Of a stretch of DNA of 64,000 bases, positions 20,163 to 29,775 are shown in pieces. The stretch is taken from positions 128,001 to 192,000 of the forward strand of contig CBDFIJ010000004.1 in assembly GCA_965248055.1 (NCBI GenBank). Reading direction: 5' to 3'. Position 1 is the first letter of the stretch. Every line of letters starts with the position of its first letter. Below the pieces are notes generated by a model. That model worked only from the letters and a program-made list of their open reading frames with translations, did no database searches and was not told where the DNA came from. The DNA is from Candidatus Multivoradales bacterium (lineage in GTDB: Bacteria > Acidobacteriota > Thermoanaerobaculia > Multivoradales > JAHEKO01). Position numbers and translations under genes: made by a program.

Positions 20163-22514
20163 TTACCGCCGCTTGCTGGGTCTATTCCTGCCGCTCTTGT
20201 TGCCACTGCCCTTACTGTCATTGCGTCGCTTGCTGGAGCCGCTATTCCCCTTGCTCGAGCCACCGGAACCACCACCGGAACCACCACTGGAAACACTTCC
20301 TCGTTGGCCTGGGCTCCTCCCCCGCCTATCTCGGAACGGTTCGGGCATGTCGGGAATTCCGAGGTCCAAACGTCGGAAGGCAATACTCACTCGTTTGATC
20401 TCTACTTCGAGTCGATCTCCTAGGGTGAAGGTCCGACCGTGGCGCAAGCCGATCCAGCGAAAGTTCTCAGGTTCCAACTGGTAGCGATCATCGCTGAGCA
20501 CTGATCGCTGCACTACCCCATCGACGATCAAATCATCCAATTCGACGAATAGGCCGACTTTGGCCACGCCAACGATGGTGCCTTGGTGGCACTCTCCTTG
20601 GGCATCTCCTAAGTAGCGTAGTTTCTTCACCAGTGTCAGCTCTCGCTCCGCTCGTTCAGCCCGCCTCTCGGTTTGGCTCGAGTGCGCGGCCAGTTCTTCA
20701 TATTGGGACGCCGGGGAAACCTCCTGAGTTCCGAACCCTGCTTCTTTTGAAGCACTAGAAGGTCCGGCAGCTTCAGCGGAGCCGTGTGCTTTCAGCGATC
20801 GATGCACTAGCAGGTCAGGATACCGGCGAATCGGCGAGGTGAAGTGGGTATAGTGGCGCAACGCCAAAGCGAAATGACCCAACGAGTCGTGGGCGTAGTA
20901 GGCCCTTTGCAAGCTACGCAGGATCAAGCGCCCGACTACGCTCTCCACTTGTCGCTCCTCCGCCTGGCTCAACAGTCGTTGTAACCCCTCGGGATGCAAG
21001 GATTCCAGCCCCTGTGGCGCTTCCAATCCCAACGCCCGTAAAGCAGTTGCCAGCTCTTCCACTGCCGCCGGGTCGGGTGGAGGGTGGACCCGGTGCACCG
21101 ACTCGATCTCCGACATCTCCAGTTCGGTTGCCACCGCCTCGTTGGCAGCCAGCATGAACTCCTCGATCAATCGATGCGCCCGACCCCGGCTCAACCGATG
21201 AATCGCGACCGGTACACCCTTCTGGTTGACTTCAACGCGGCTCTCAGGAATTTCCAGGTCGATGGCCCCGCGTTCTCGCCGGTCTTTAAGCCGATGCTCA
21301 AGTAGCTCGTTGGCGATTGTCAGCGTCTCGCTCAGGGCAGTCCCGGTGATCCCTTTGATCTCTTGCCGATCGAGATAGCGGTTGACCTCGTCATAGGTCG
21401 ATCGGCGATCACTTTGAATCACAGAAGGAAAGATTTTGCGAGCAACTAACTGGCCCGCACCATCGAAATCCAGTTGCGCCGTCATGGTGAGTCGAGGCAC
21501 ACCAGGCCGCAACGAACAGAGACCATTGGACAACCGTTCGGGAATCATCGGTACCACGCGGCCGGCAAAGTAGACACTGGTCCCGCGCAACCGAGCGTCC
21601 AGATCGATCGGACTGTCCAGTTGAACGTAGTGGGCAACGTCGGCAATGTGCACCCATAAACGGTAGCCACTACCTTTGCGCTCCAGTGAGATCGCGTCGT
21701 CAAAGTCTTTGGCATCGGCCCCGTCAATCGTCAGGGTCGGTAGAGTTCGAAGGTCTTTTCGTTGTTGACCGTCGCTCGGGTCTGGGTCCGTCGGCAACTC
21801 CGCTACCATGGCCAAAGTCGCTTCGCTGAACGCTTCGGGCAACTCATACTGGGCGATCACCGTGGCGGTGTCAGATGCTGGGTCAGCAAGCGCCCCCAGT
21901 ACTTTCACCAGTTCGCCCACGACCCCGCTGCGAAAATTGCGTTCGGTCAGGTTGGTCTCAACCACGGAGTCAACGTCAAGTTCTACATCGGCCAGCCAGA
22001 TCTCCAGGCGAAGTCGGGGGTCTAACGGTTTGACCAAGGTCCAAGGCCCAGCTTCCACCACAATTCCAACCATGCGCTGATGAGCACGCTTGAGCACCTT
22101 GCCAACCTTGGCTTCGGGTAACGAGCCGCCGCTTCGACCACCGCTCCCGCCGCCTCTGCGGCCGCCATTGCGACCGCTACCCCCACCTCGCTGCAGCGGG
22201 CGCACAGCGACCAAGTCACCATCGCGTGCCCCAGATAGCTCTCGCTGCGATACGAAGTAGGTCGCATCGCCGCGTGCTTCAGCCAGAACTAAAGAGTCTC
22301 CGCGTTCAAGTCGACGGATGATTCCCACCGACCATTCGCTTTTGCCGATCGAAACCCATCGATTGGACCACTCGATGCACTCTCCCTCACTCTGCAGTTG
22401 TTTCAGTTGGACCAGCAAATCTGCGGTATCGACGCCGGTCGCTTCGGCCAGTTGCTGTAGCGTCGCGCCCTTTTTGCCGATGCGAGAGAGCGTATGGTTG
22501 ATGCTTTCGTTCAT
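20163..22514 (-). CDS. rnr: Ribonuclease R
   Basis: TIDG.DAKDFDDA, HIADV.HY, RGTSVY, YTHFTSPIRRYPDL.VHR, S1 domain. Confidence 0.96.
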   Translation of the reverse strand: MNESINHTLSRIGKKGATLQQLAEATGVDTADLLVQLKQLQSEGECIEWSNRWVSIGKSEWSVGIIRRLERGDSLVLAEARGDATYFVSQRELSGARDGDLVAVRPLQRGGGSGRNGGRRGGGSGGRSGGSLPEAKVGKVLKRAHQRMVGIVVEAGPWTLVKPLDPRLRLEIWLADVELDVDSVVETNLTERNFRSGVVGELVKVLGALADPASDTATVIAQYELPEAFSEATLAMVAELPTDPDPSDGQQRKDLRTLPTLTIDGADAKDFDDAISLERKGSGYRLWVHIADVAHYVQLDSPIDLDARLRGTSVYFAGRVVPMIPERLSNGLCSLRPGVPRLTMTAQLDFDGAGQLVARKIFPSVIQSDRRSTYDEVNRYLDRQEIKGITGTALSETLTIANELLEHRLKDRRERGAIDLEIPESRVEVNQKGVPVAIHRLSRGRAHRLIEEFMLAANEAVATELEMSEIESVHRVHPPPDPAAVEELATALRALGLEAPQGLESLHPEGLQRLLSQAEERQVESVVGRLILRSLQRAYYAHDSLGHFALALRHYTHFTSPIRRYPDLLVHRSLKAHGSAEAAGPSSASKEAGFGTQEVSPASQYEELAAHSSQTERRAERAERELTLVKKLRYLGDAQGECHQGTIVGVAKVGLFVELDDLIVDGVVQRSVLSDDRYQLEPENFRWIGLRHGRTFTLGDRLEVEIKRVSIAFRRLDLGIPDMPEPFRDRRGRSPGQRGSVSSGGSGGGSGGSSKGNSGSSKRRNDSKGSGNKSGRNRPSKRR

Positions 22515-22532
22515 AATCTATTCAGAATCCGT

Positions 22533-22562
22533 TTGACATCTCATGGTTCGATGCCTCACAAT
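22533..22562 (+). promoter_or_regulatory. Putative sigma70 promoter of tRNA-Leu
   Basis: TTGACA-N18-CACAAT, followed by a GC-rich discriminator just before the tRNA. Confidence 0.55.
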
Positions 22563-22571
22563 CCCGCCCGC

Positions 22572-22659
22572 GCGAAAGTGGCGGAATTGGTAGACGCGCA
22601 AGACTCAGAATCTTGTGGCCATTACGGTCGTGGGGGTTCAAGTCCCCCCTTTCGCACCA
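22572..22659 (+). tRNA. tRNA-Leu(CAG)
   Basis: GCGAAAG/CTTTCGC acceptor stem, anticodon arm CAAGA-CTCAGAA-TCTTG, long variable arm, encoded CCA. Confidence 0.97.
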
Positions 22660-22756
22660 ACCTCCCCGTTGACTGAGGCGGTGGCTCGCTCCACCCAAGA
22701 TCCCCTTCCAAAAGATTCCATTCGTCGAGCGTCTCCCTATTGTCGCCAAAGTCTGC

Positions 22757-22774
22757 TTGTGACAATCTTCACAA
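22757..22774 (+). promoter_or_regulatory. Rex operator (autoregulatory site)
   Basis: TTGTGACAATCTTCACAA matches the Rex consensus TTGTGAA-N4-TTCACAA with one mismatch, 20 bp before the rex ATG. Confidence 0.85.
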
Positions 22775-22794
22775 GCGCTGAACGGGATCACTCA

Positions 22795-23430
22795 ATGGCC
22801 GCAACACGCGACACCTCCGCCCTAACCCTCAACCGACTCTCCCTCTATTTGCGTGCGCTACGCTTACTGCAGCAGGCTGGCGTGGCTACCGTGTCTTCGG
22901 GCCAACTGGCCAAACGCTTGCACCTCTCCGCACCGTTAATTCGTAAAGACCTGGCTCAGTTCGGAGAGTTTGGCACCCGCGGAGTCGGCTACAACATCGA
23001 GCGGTTGATTCCTCGCCTGGTAGAGATTCTCGGCCTCGACCAAGAACGCACTTTGGTGATCGTCGGCATGGGGAACCTCGGCTCTGCATTGGCAGGATAC
23101 CTTGGTTTTAACACTGATGCCTTCAGGGTTTCCGCCATCTTTGACAACGACCCCAAAAAGATCGGCCGCGGCCATGGTGGCTTGACTATTCTGCCACCTA
23201 GAGAAATCGCCCGCGTGGTCGCTCAAGACCAAGTCGACCTCGGAGTGCTGACTGTCCCAGTCGAGGCGGCGCAGGAAAATTACGATCTGATGGTAGAGGC
23301 CGGGATCCTGGCGATTCTCAACTTTGCTCCAGTGTCCCTACGCGAACACGACGCGGTGCGCACCAAGAATGTTGATCTGCGGATTCACCTGGAAGAGCTC
23401 ACTTACTTCTTGGCCGGTACCAGCGCTTAA
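22795..23430 (+). CDS. rex: Redox-sensing transcriptional repressor Rex
   Basis: RL.LYLR.L, IRKDL..FGEFGTRGVGY, VG.GNLG.AL, ILNFAP. Confidence 0.96.
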   Translation: MAATRDTSALTLNRLSLYLRALRLLQQAGVATVSSGQLAKRLHLSAPLIRKDLAQFGEFGTRGVGYNIERLIPRLVEILGLDQERTLVIVGMGNLGSALAGYLGFNTDAFRVSAIFDNDPKKIGRGHGGLTILPPREIARVVAQDQVDLGVLTVPVEAAQENYDLMVEAGILAILNFAPVSLREHDAVRTKNVDLRIHLEELTYFLAGTSA

Positions 23431-23457
23431 GCACCGCCGCGAAGCCCAGTCCCGCGC

Positions 23458-24003
23458 CTACCCCATCTTTCGACCATAGACAGCCAACCCAGAATCGCCG
23501 TACTTGCGATACCAGGTTTGCCGAAGTCCTGCGACGGATTCGGGCAAGGAAGTACTCGATCGTACTTCCACAGCGCACTCCCCCCGCTCGGCGAGCAGCG
23601 GCGCCACCGCCAACAGCAACCTATCAAGAGCGGTCAACTGATAGGGCGGATCGGCAAAGACTAAGTCGAAGGGACCATCGATCTCGGCCATGACTATGGG
23701 CAATTGCCCCAACTTCACGTTCAGATGGCTCACGTTCCAAGCTTCAGCCAAGTCGACAAGACGATCGGTGACCGCGCGGCTGCCATCAACTGCGACCGCG
23801 CTTTGCGCGCCGCGGCCCAGCACCTCAAGGGTCATCGCACCGCTGCCGGTGTAGAGGTCCAGGAACCGTGCGCCGGCGATCTTATCCTGCCAATGGGAGG
23901 CCAACGCCTCGCGCAATCGGCCGGAACTGGGGCGCACTCCCTTGGCAACGGCAATTCTGCGTCCGCCCCACTGACCGCCGGTAAGTCGTACTCCCGCTTT
24001 CAT
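23458..24003 (-). CDS. rsmD: 16S rRNA m2G966 methyltransferase RsmD
   Basis: R..GG...GR, RP...RLREAL, FLDLY.GSG, FDLVFADPPY. Confidence 0.92.
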   Translation of the reverse strand: MKAGVRLTGGQWGGRRIAVAKGVRPSSGRLREALASHWQDKIAGARFLDLYTGSGAMTLEVLGRGAQSAVAVDGSRAVTDRLVDLAEAWNVSHLNVKLGQLPIVMAEIDGPFDLVFADPPYQLTALDRLLLAVAPLLAERGECAVEVRSSTSLPESVAGLRQTWYRKYGDSGLAVYGRKMG

Positions 24004-24021
24004 CGTCGTCCACTTCCCCTG

Positions 24022-24699
24022 CTATTTGCTGGAAACCTTTTGGTACTGCCGAGGCAGGTCGTCCAAGGCGTCAATCACGATCAAAGGTTGAGAGACACCG
24101 TGCAGTTCCGCGCCCCGTCCGTCCCCTGTTGTGCCGTAGAACTCAAACAGGACGCCGTCCGAGCGGCGCCGGAGAAACGCTCCGATAGGCAATTCGCTCG
24201 CGCTCCAATCTGCGACCGGAGCGTTGAGGACGCGCTGCACCAAGTCATCCACCAGCCGATCCATGGTCGCCAGCCCGGGAGACAAAGTGTCCAAATTACC
24301 GTAGCGAATCAGCAGTTCTTGACCATGGCTATCCAGCTTCAGCTCACAGCTCTCCCCGCCGATCCCGGAGGGGGCGGAAGAACGCGTGGCATCTTCCCCG
24401 CGTTCGCTGACCGTCGTCGACTGGCGCAAGAGAGTCTCCAAAATCGTTTCGGTTTCCAGCGGGTCCAAAGACAGTCGTAGCAGGCGAGCCCGGGGCCCGG
24501 TGTCCAACTGCAGCCAGGCGGTACCGGGCTGAACCAAGGCGAATCTTTGATCTCCAGAGGGATGACGGCAAATCCGTTCAACCGGTGCAGGGCCGGTGTC
24601 ATCCAGGACCGCAGTCAATTGAGTCTCTTCGCCAGATTGCGCCCAAATGAATCCGGCCAAAAACATTGCTAGGGCCGCGGCGCCAGGAGAAATCTTCAC
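24022..24699 (-). CDS. Hypothetical exported protein
   Basis: N-terminal signal peptide. Start overlaps the dnaE stop. Confidence 0.65.
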   Translation of the reverse strand: MKISPGAAALAMFLAGFIWAQSGEETQLTAVLDDTGPAPVERICRHPSGDQRFALVQPGTAWLQLDTGPRARLLRLSLDPLETETILETLLRQSTTVSERGEDATRSSAPSGIGGESCELKLDSHGQELLIRYGNLDTLSPGLATMDRLVDDLVQRVLNAPVADWSASELPIGAFLRRRSDGVLFEFYGTTGDGRGAELHGVSQPLIVIDALDDLPRQYQKVSSK

Positions 24700-27600
24700 G
24701 AGTTCAAGACCGGCGCTGGCGGCTCGGCGCTCACAGGTCTGTTATTTGGACTGGCATTTGGGTTGGCATTTGGCCTGGCATTGGGTTTCGCTTGCCTGGG
24801 ATGGACGCAGCCCGGCCCCAGAATTCTCTCCACCCGACTGACCAGATCATCACCAAAAGTCACTCCGTACTTTGGCGCACCCTGAATCTCGACTTCGGTT
24901 CCACTTGCTCTCAACAAGAACAGTACCGGAACTGAGCCGGGAGACTCGGTGAGGACATCGCGCAACTGCAGCATGGCGTCGCGGGCAAGATTGTCGCGCA
25001 CCACGATCGCAACCGACTGCATCCCGCCAACGTGGTTATCCAACAACTCCAGAGATTCCATCGCCAATTCGGGGTTGCCGCCCCGTTCCCGAACCACCCC
25101 TTTGACCAATACCCGCGCTCCTTCCTGCATCAGGTGGGCGTAACGTTGCATGGCATTGGCGAACGCGGTGGTGGACAGCCGTCCAAATTGGTCTTCAAGA
25201 ATAAAGCGACCCATCATCCGACCGGCGTTGCGCCCGCTCTTGATCTTCACCTGTTTCGGTTGCCCGACGATACCGCCGATCACGATCTGCCCTTCGTTGT
25301 CTTCGGCGATGTCGGCCGTGGTGTGGGTCGCCAGTTTGGCAACGACATCTGAGTACTCGGTGAGCGGATTACCCGTGAGATAGAAGCCCAACGAGTCTTT
25401 CTCATTCTGCAACCGCTCTTGCTCTTCCCACTCGGGCTGCGTGTTGTCCCACAGGGAGTCGCTTTCGACCGATTCGGCACCAAACAAGGACGACTGTCCT
25501 GCCTCTCGATCGCGCCACTTGCGTTGGCCATAGCCAACCGCCCGCTCCAGCGCCTCGTGCATCGATCGTCGACTGGCACCAAATGAATCCATCGCCCCCG
25601 ACTTGATCAATGCGTCTAAGGAACGAGAATTGATCGCTTGTGGGTCTACCCGGCTGACAAAATCGGGCAGATCAGAAAACGCACTTTGTTGGCGTCGCAC
25701 GTTGAGCACCGACTCGATCGCGCCATCACCAAGCCCTTTGATAGCGCCCAGTCCAAAGCGGATCGAATCATCACCGACGGTAAAAGACCACTCGCTGAGG
25801 TTGATATCCGGCGGCAGGACTTCGATGTCCATCTGCCGACATTCGTGAATGTACTGTCCGACCCGATCTTTGGAGGCCATTTCTGAGGTCAACATGGCGG
25901 CCATGAATGACACCGGGTGATGAGTCTTGAGAAAACCTGTCTTGTAGGCGAGAAGTGCGTAAGCAACACTGTGACTCTTGTTGAAACCATAGCCAGCAAA
26001 CGGTTCAATGTACTCCCACAACTCCACGGCTTTGTCCTTGGCGAACCCCTTGCTCTGCGCACCTTCGACAAATTTCTGCTTTTGCTGAGCCATCATCTCG
26101 ACGTGCTTTTTGCCCATTGCCTTACGCAAAACGTCGGCTTCCGCCATCGAGAATCCGCCGATTTCCACTGCCACCTGCATCACTTGCTCTTGATAAACGA
26201 TGACGCCGTAGGTTTCCTCCAGAATCGGCTCCATCTCAGGAAACAGGTACTTAACTTTGCTCCTGCCCTGCTTGCGCTCGGCAAAGGTGTCGGCCATGCC
26301 CACCGACAGGGCGCCAGGTCGAAACAATGCGTTGAGTGCTGCCAGATCTTCGAAACGGGAGGGCTGAGCCCTACGCAGAAGTTGCTTCATTCCCCGCGAC
26401 TCAAACTGGAACACCCCGTCGGTCCGGCCTTCGGCGAACAATTGGTAGGTAGCCTCGTCATCCAGAGGAAGGTGCTCCAAGTCGGGTTCGACTCCCTGTT
26501 GCTTCAGTAACTTGACCGCGTCGTCGATCACCGTCAGCGTGCGCAACCCGAGAAAGTCCATCTTCAGCAGGCCGAGATCCTCAATCACGTCCTTATCCCA
26601 CTGGGTGACGATTTCGTCTTTGCTGGTCTTGTAAAGCGGAACCAGTTCCTCAATCGGCCTGGGAGTGATCACCACTCCGGCTGCGTGCAGCGAAGCGTGC
26701 CGGGTCAATCCCTCGAGGCGACTGCCGGCTTCCACCACCCGGTGAACTTCCGGGTCATTGCGAATCTCAGCCGCTAGCGCGTCCACCTCACGGGCCGCTT
26801 GGGCTAGCGACTTGGTGTTTTCCGGCACCATTTTGGCCACGCGATCCACTTTGGCGTAGGGCAAGCCGAGCACGCGCCCGACATCGCGAATTACTGCGCG
26901 CGCAGCCAAAGTACCGAAAGTAATGATCTGGGCAACGTGGTCCCGACCGTACTTCTCGGCGACATACTGAATCACCTCGCCACGGCGGCGCATACAAAAA
27001 TCGATATCGATATCAGGCAGGCTCACCCGGTCTGGGTTGAGAAATCGCTCAAACAGCAGGTTGTACTGCATCGGGTCGATGTCGGTGATGCGTAGCGCGT
27101 AGGCAACCAGACTTCCTGCCGCAGAACCCCGACCAGGCCCTACCGGGATTCCTTCGTTTCGGGCATGGCGAATAAAGTCCCAAACGATCAGAAAGTAGCC
27201 GGCAAACCCCATTTCAAGAATGATCGAAAGCTCCTTATTGAGCCGCTCTTGATAAATATCGTCAGAGATTGCCGCGGCATCGTGAGCGCGGTCCTCAAAC
27301 CTTTCTCGCAATCCCTGTTGCACCATTTCGACTAAATAGCCGTCTAGATTTCGACCCTTTGGGACGGGGAAATCAGGAAGATGGAACTCCCCAGTGGGGA
27401 TTTCCAGATTGCAACGCTCAGCGATTAGCAGAGTATTCTCTAGAGCCTGGCGATCATTAGGGAATCTCTCGACCATCTCGTCCGCAGACTTGAAATAAAA
27501 GTTATCACTGTAGTACTTCAGCCGATCTGGATCGTCGTAGTTGCGTTGAGTGCCAACACAGAGCAAAACATCGTGGGCAAACGAGTCGGCCTGAGTTAGG

Positions 27601-28220
27601 TAATGACAGTCGTTGGTTGCCACCAGCGGTAGTTCTCGACGGCGGGCAATGTCGTGCAAGACTTCATTCACTGCAGCCTGCTCAGGAATGCCGTGGTCTT
27701 GCAACTCCAGGAAGAAGTTTCCTTCGCCCAAGATCTCCCGATAATTGCAAGCAGTCTCTTCCGCTCCGTCAATGTCTCCCGCCTGCACGGCTTCAGCAAC
27801 CTCTCCCGCCAGACACGCCGATAGCCCAATCAGCCCTTCTGCATGGTCGCGCAGGAGTTGGTGGTCGATCCTGGGCTTGTAATAGAAGCCTTCCAAGAAG
27901 GAACGCGAAGTGAGCTTGAGAAGATTGCGATATCCCGCTTCGTTCTGTGCCAGGAGCACCAAATGGTTGCGTCCCGAACGGGCCGGATTGCGGTCGGTAT
28001 GGGAGCCCTTAGCGACGTACGCTTCAATGCCAATAATGGGCTTCACTCCCCGCTTGCGCGCGGCGTTGTAAAACTCGATCGCCCCAAACAAGTTGCCATG
28101 GTCGGTGATCGCCACCGCCGGCATCTTCGCGGCGCTGGCGGCATCCATCAACTCATCGAGCCGATTGGCGCCGTCTAACAGGCTGTACTGGGTATGCAGG
28201 TGGAGATGAGCGAAGGACAT
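24696..28220 (-). CDS. dnaE: DNA polymerase III alpha subunit
   Basis: HLHLHTQYSLLDG PHP domain, GPGRGSAAGS, PDIDIDF, KMDFLGL, YGFNKSH. Confidence 0.98.
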   Translation of the reverse strand: MSFAHLHLHTQYSLLDGANRLDELMDAASAAKMPAVAITDHGNLFGAIEFYNAARKRGVKPIIGIEAYVAKGSHTDRNPARSGRNHLVLLAQNEAGYRNLLKLTSRSFLEGFYYKPRIDHQLLRDHAEGLIGLSACLAGEVAEAVQAGDIDGAEETACNYREILGEGNFFLELQDHGIPEQAAVNEVLHDIARRRELPLVATNDCHYLTQADSFAHDVLLCVGTQRNYDDPDRLKYYSDNFYFKSADEMVERFPNDRQALENTLLIAERCNLEIPTGEFHLPDFPVPKGRNLDGYLVEMVQQGLRERFEDRAHDAAAISDDIYQERLNKELSIILEMGFAGYFLIVWDFIRHARNEGIPVGPGRGSAAGSLVAYALRITDIDPMQYNLLFERFLNPDRVSLPDIDIDFCMRRRGEVIQYVAEKYGRDHVAQIITFGTLAARAVIRDVGRVLGLPYAKVDRVAKMVPENTKSLAQAAREVDALAAEIRNDPEVHRVVEAGSRLEGLTRHASLHAAGVVITPRPIEELVPLYKTSKDEIVTQWDKDVIEDLGLLKMDFLGLRTLTVIDDAVKLLKQQGVEPDLEHLPLDDEATYQLFAEGRTDGVFQFESRGMKQLLRRAQPSRFEDLAALNALFRPGALSVGMADTFAERKQGRSKVKYLFPEMEPILEETYGVIVYQEQVMQVAVEIGGFSMAEADVLRKAMGKKHVEMMAQQKQKFVEGAQSKGFAKDKAVELWEYIEPFAGYGFNKSHSVAYALLAYKTGFLKTHHPVSFMAAMLTSEMASKDRVGQYIHECRQMDIEVLPPDINLSEWSFTVGDDSIRFGLGAIKGLGDGAIESVLNVRRQQSAFSDLPDFVSRVDPQAINSRSLDALIKSGAMDSFGASRRSMHEALERAVGYGQRKWRDREAGQSSLFGAESVESDSLWDNTQPEWEEQERLQNEKDSLGFYLTGNPLTEYSDVVAKLATHTTADIAEDNEGQIVIGGIVGQPKQVKIKSGRNAGRMMGRFILEDQFGRLSTTAFANAMQRYAHLMQEGARVLVKGVVRERGGNPELAMESLELLDNHVGGMQSVAIVVRDNLARDAMLQLRDVLTESPGSVPVLFLLRASGTEVEIQGAPKYGVTFGDDLVSRVERILGPGCVHPRQAKPNARPNANPNASPNNRPVSAEPPAPVLNS
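24745..24792. repeat. Imperfect 12-bp tandem repeat (x4) in the dnaE 3' end
   Basis: TTTGGACTGGCA TTTGGGTTGGCA TTTGGCCTGGCA TTGGGTTTCGCT, encoding (A-x-P-N)4. Confidence 0.8.
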
Positions 28221-28248
28221 AGGCGAATCCACCCAATGGTATGCCGGA

Positions 28249-29568
28249 TCAGCGGCGAGTCAAGCTCTCCTGTGCCCGACGCGCCCAGTTGGCGAACTCG
28301 CCACCACTCAGTGTCGACCCCAGCGAACATTCAGAAGGTTCCAACACCCCACAGGCGACCGCGGCGCTGCACGCATCGGCTGTCGTTGGCTCCAAGCAAG
28401 TCGCTCGCTCGGTACGCATCAGTCGCAGAACCACATCGATCGCTTCCTGGCGAGACATCGGAAGGTCCGGGTAAAACCGATGACCGGCGCGGTCGACGTG
28501 CAGCAGGCCTGCATTGACTACTTGAGCAATTTCTTCCCGATTGGGATGTTCCAAAATATCGGTGGCGATGCGCACCTGTTGTGAGCGGGCATAGCGCACC
28601 TGGGGGAAGAACCAATAAAGCGCCAGCGAAAAATCAGCTCGTGTCATGGACGCGGTCGATAGAACCGCCCTGGCCTGTGCTGGCAACAGTCGAGCACGCC
28701 AGTTGAACTCGGCGCGCGCCAGCAATTCGTCGTGCAAAGGATCTCCAGCCGGATCAGCGGCTAGCCCTCGGGCGATCTCCACGGCTCGATCGGCACTTCC
28801 CCGGGCAATTTCCAATTCGGTCAGAGAAATTAATTCCTCAGCGTTCAGAAACTCACCCAGATACAAACGACGCCATGCGCTGAGTTCGCCATCGAGGTCC
28901 TTAACCGCCCGGGTTAGGAGCAACCCTGAGCGTAGGGTTAATTCGCGCTCTGGTACCCAGGCACTAAGAACGGACAACAGCCGTTGGGCGCGACCTAGGC
29001 GAGCGCCCTCTAGGGCTTGCAGGAAGTCTTGATCGACCACCTCCACTGCAGCAGGGAGCAACCCCTCAACACGACCGGCGGCAACGTTGGACCGTTCGCG
29101 GATCGTCCAGTAGTTGCGAAGCGCCTCTGCAGGATCTTGATTCAACTCGTACAACCGACCAGAAAGCAGCAGACCGGCATCGCTGTTGGGTTCTCGTCCC
29201 AAAGCAGACCGAGCATCCGCAAAACGGCTGTCGGCAAAGGCGATCTGCGCGGTGAGTAAGTCAATCAAATCGTCACCCGCTAGGGATCCTGGGGCGCCCA
29301 ACGTAGACGTAGCACCCTCCAAGTCCCCTTGGATCACCCGCGAATAGATTTCTTTGGCCCACCTCGTGGTAGTCGAACCCGGCACCTCTTCGCTACCCAC
29401 CGGGTCCAGTAGGTAAGACCGCAAATCGGCGCTCAAAGGCCGGTATGTGACCCTCGTCTGACCGGTTGGTGTGGTGGTCGTAGCGCAGCCAATCCCTAGC
29501 GCGGCGATCACCGTCACCACGGCGAGGGAGCGCACTCCGCCCCTCAACGGAGTCTTGCCAGAACGCAA
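28249..29568 (-). CDS. Lipoprotein with TPR-like helices and C-terminal SLH-like repeat
   Basis: Lipobox GIGC. D..EHP..EEI..V...GLL....F.PD..MSR.EA resembles an S-layer homology motif. Confidence 0.65.
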   Translation of the reverse strand: MRSGKTPLRGGVRSLAVVTVIAALGIGCATTTTPTGQTRVTYRPLSADLRSYLLDPVGSEEVPGSTTTRWAKEIYSRVIQGDLEGATSTLGAPGSLAGDDLIDLLTAQIAFADSRFADARSALGREPNSDAGLLLSGRLYELNQDPAEALRNYWTIRERSNVAAGRVEGLLPAAVEVVDQDFLQALEGARLGRAQRLLSVLSAWVPERELTLRSGLLLTRAVKDLDGELSAWRRLYLGEFLNAEELISLTELEIARGSADRAVEIARGLAADPAGDPLHDELLARAEFNWRARLLPAQARAVLSTASMTRADFSLALYWFFPQVRYARSQQVRIATDILEHPNREEIAQVVNAGLLHVDRAGHRFYPDLPMSRQEAIDVVLRLMRTERATCLEPTTADACSAAVACGVLEPSECSLGSTLSGGEFANWARRAQESLTRR

Positions 29569-29571
29569 TGT

Positions 29572-29775
29572 TTACAGCGTGGAGATCGTCGCCACGGCGT
29601 GCTTATAAATCAGTATTTCTGATCCCCCCTCAAGCACCACCAAAGCAAAACGATCAAAACGGAGCAACGGACCTTCAAAAACCTTCCCTGTCATCAGTTC
29701 GACCCGCACTGGCTGGCGAGCTTTGAGGTTTTGAAATAGAAATCCGTCTTGGATATTGATACTAGTTTTGGACAT
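29572..29775 (-). CDS. hfq: RNA chaperone Hfq
   Basis: NIQD.FL, FD.F, IYKHA signatures. Follows miaA. Confidence 0.93.
   Translation of the reverse strand: MSKTSINIQDGFLFQNLKARQPVRVELMTGKVFEGPLLRFDRFALVVLEGGSEILIYKHAVATISTL

Noticed and set aside
22572-22659. Long-variable-arm tRNA with TCA in its anticodon loop as a possible tRNA-Sec or UGA suppressor
   Set aside because: The 7-nt loop CT-CAG-AA centres on CAG, and the 7-bp acceptor stem and A73 discriminator fit ordinary tRNA-Leu. No sel genes are visible in the window.
22615-22794. N-terminal extension of Rex in the ORF track
   Set aside because: It overlaps tRNA-Leu and the Rex operator. Rex homology starts near ATG 22795.
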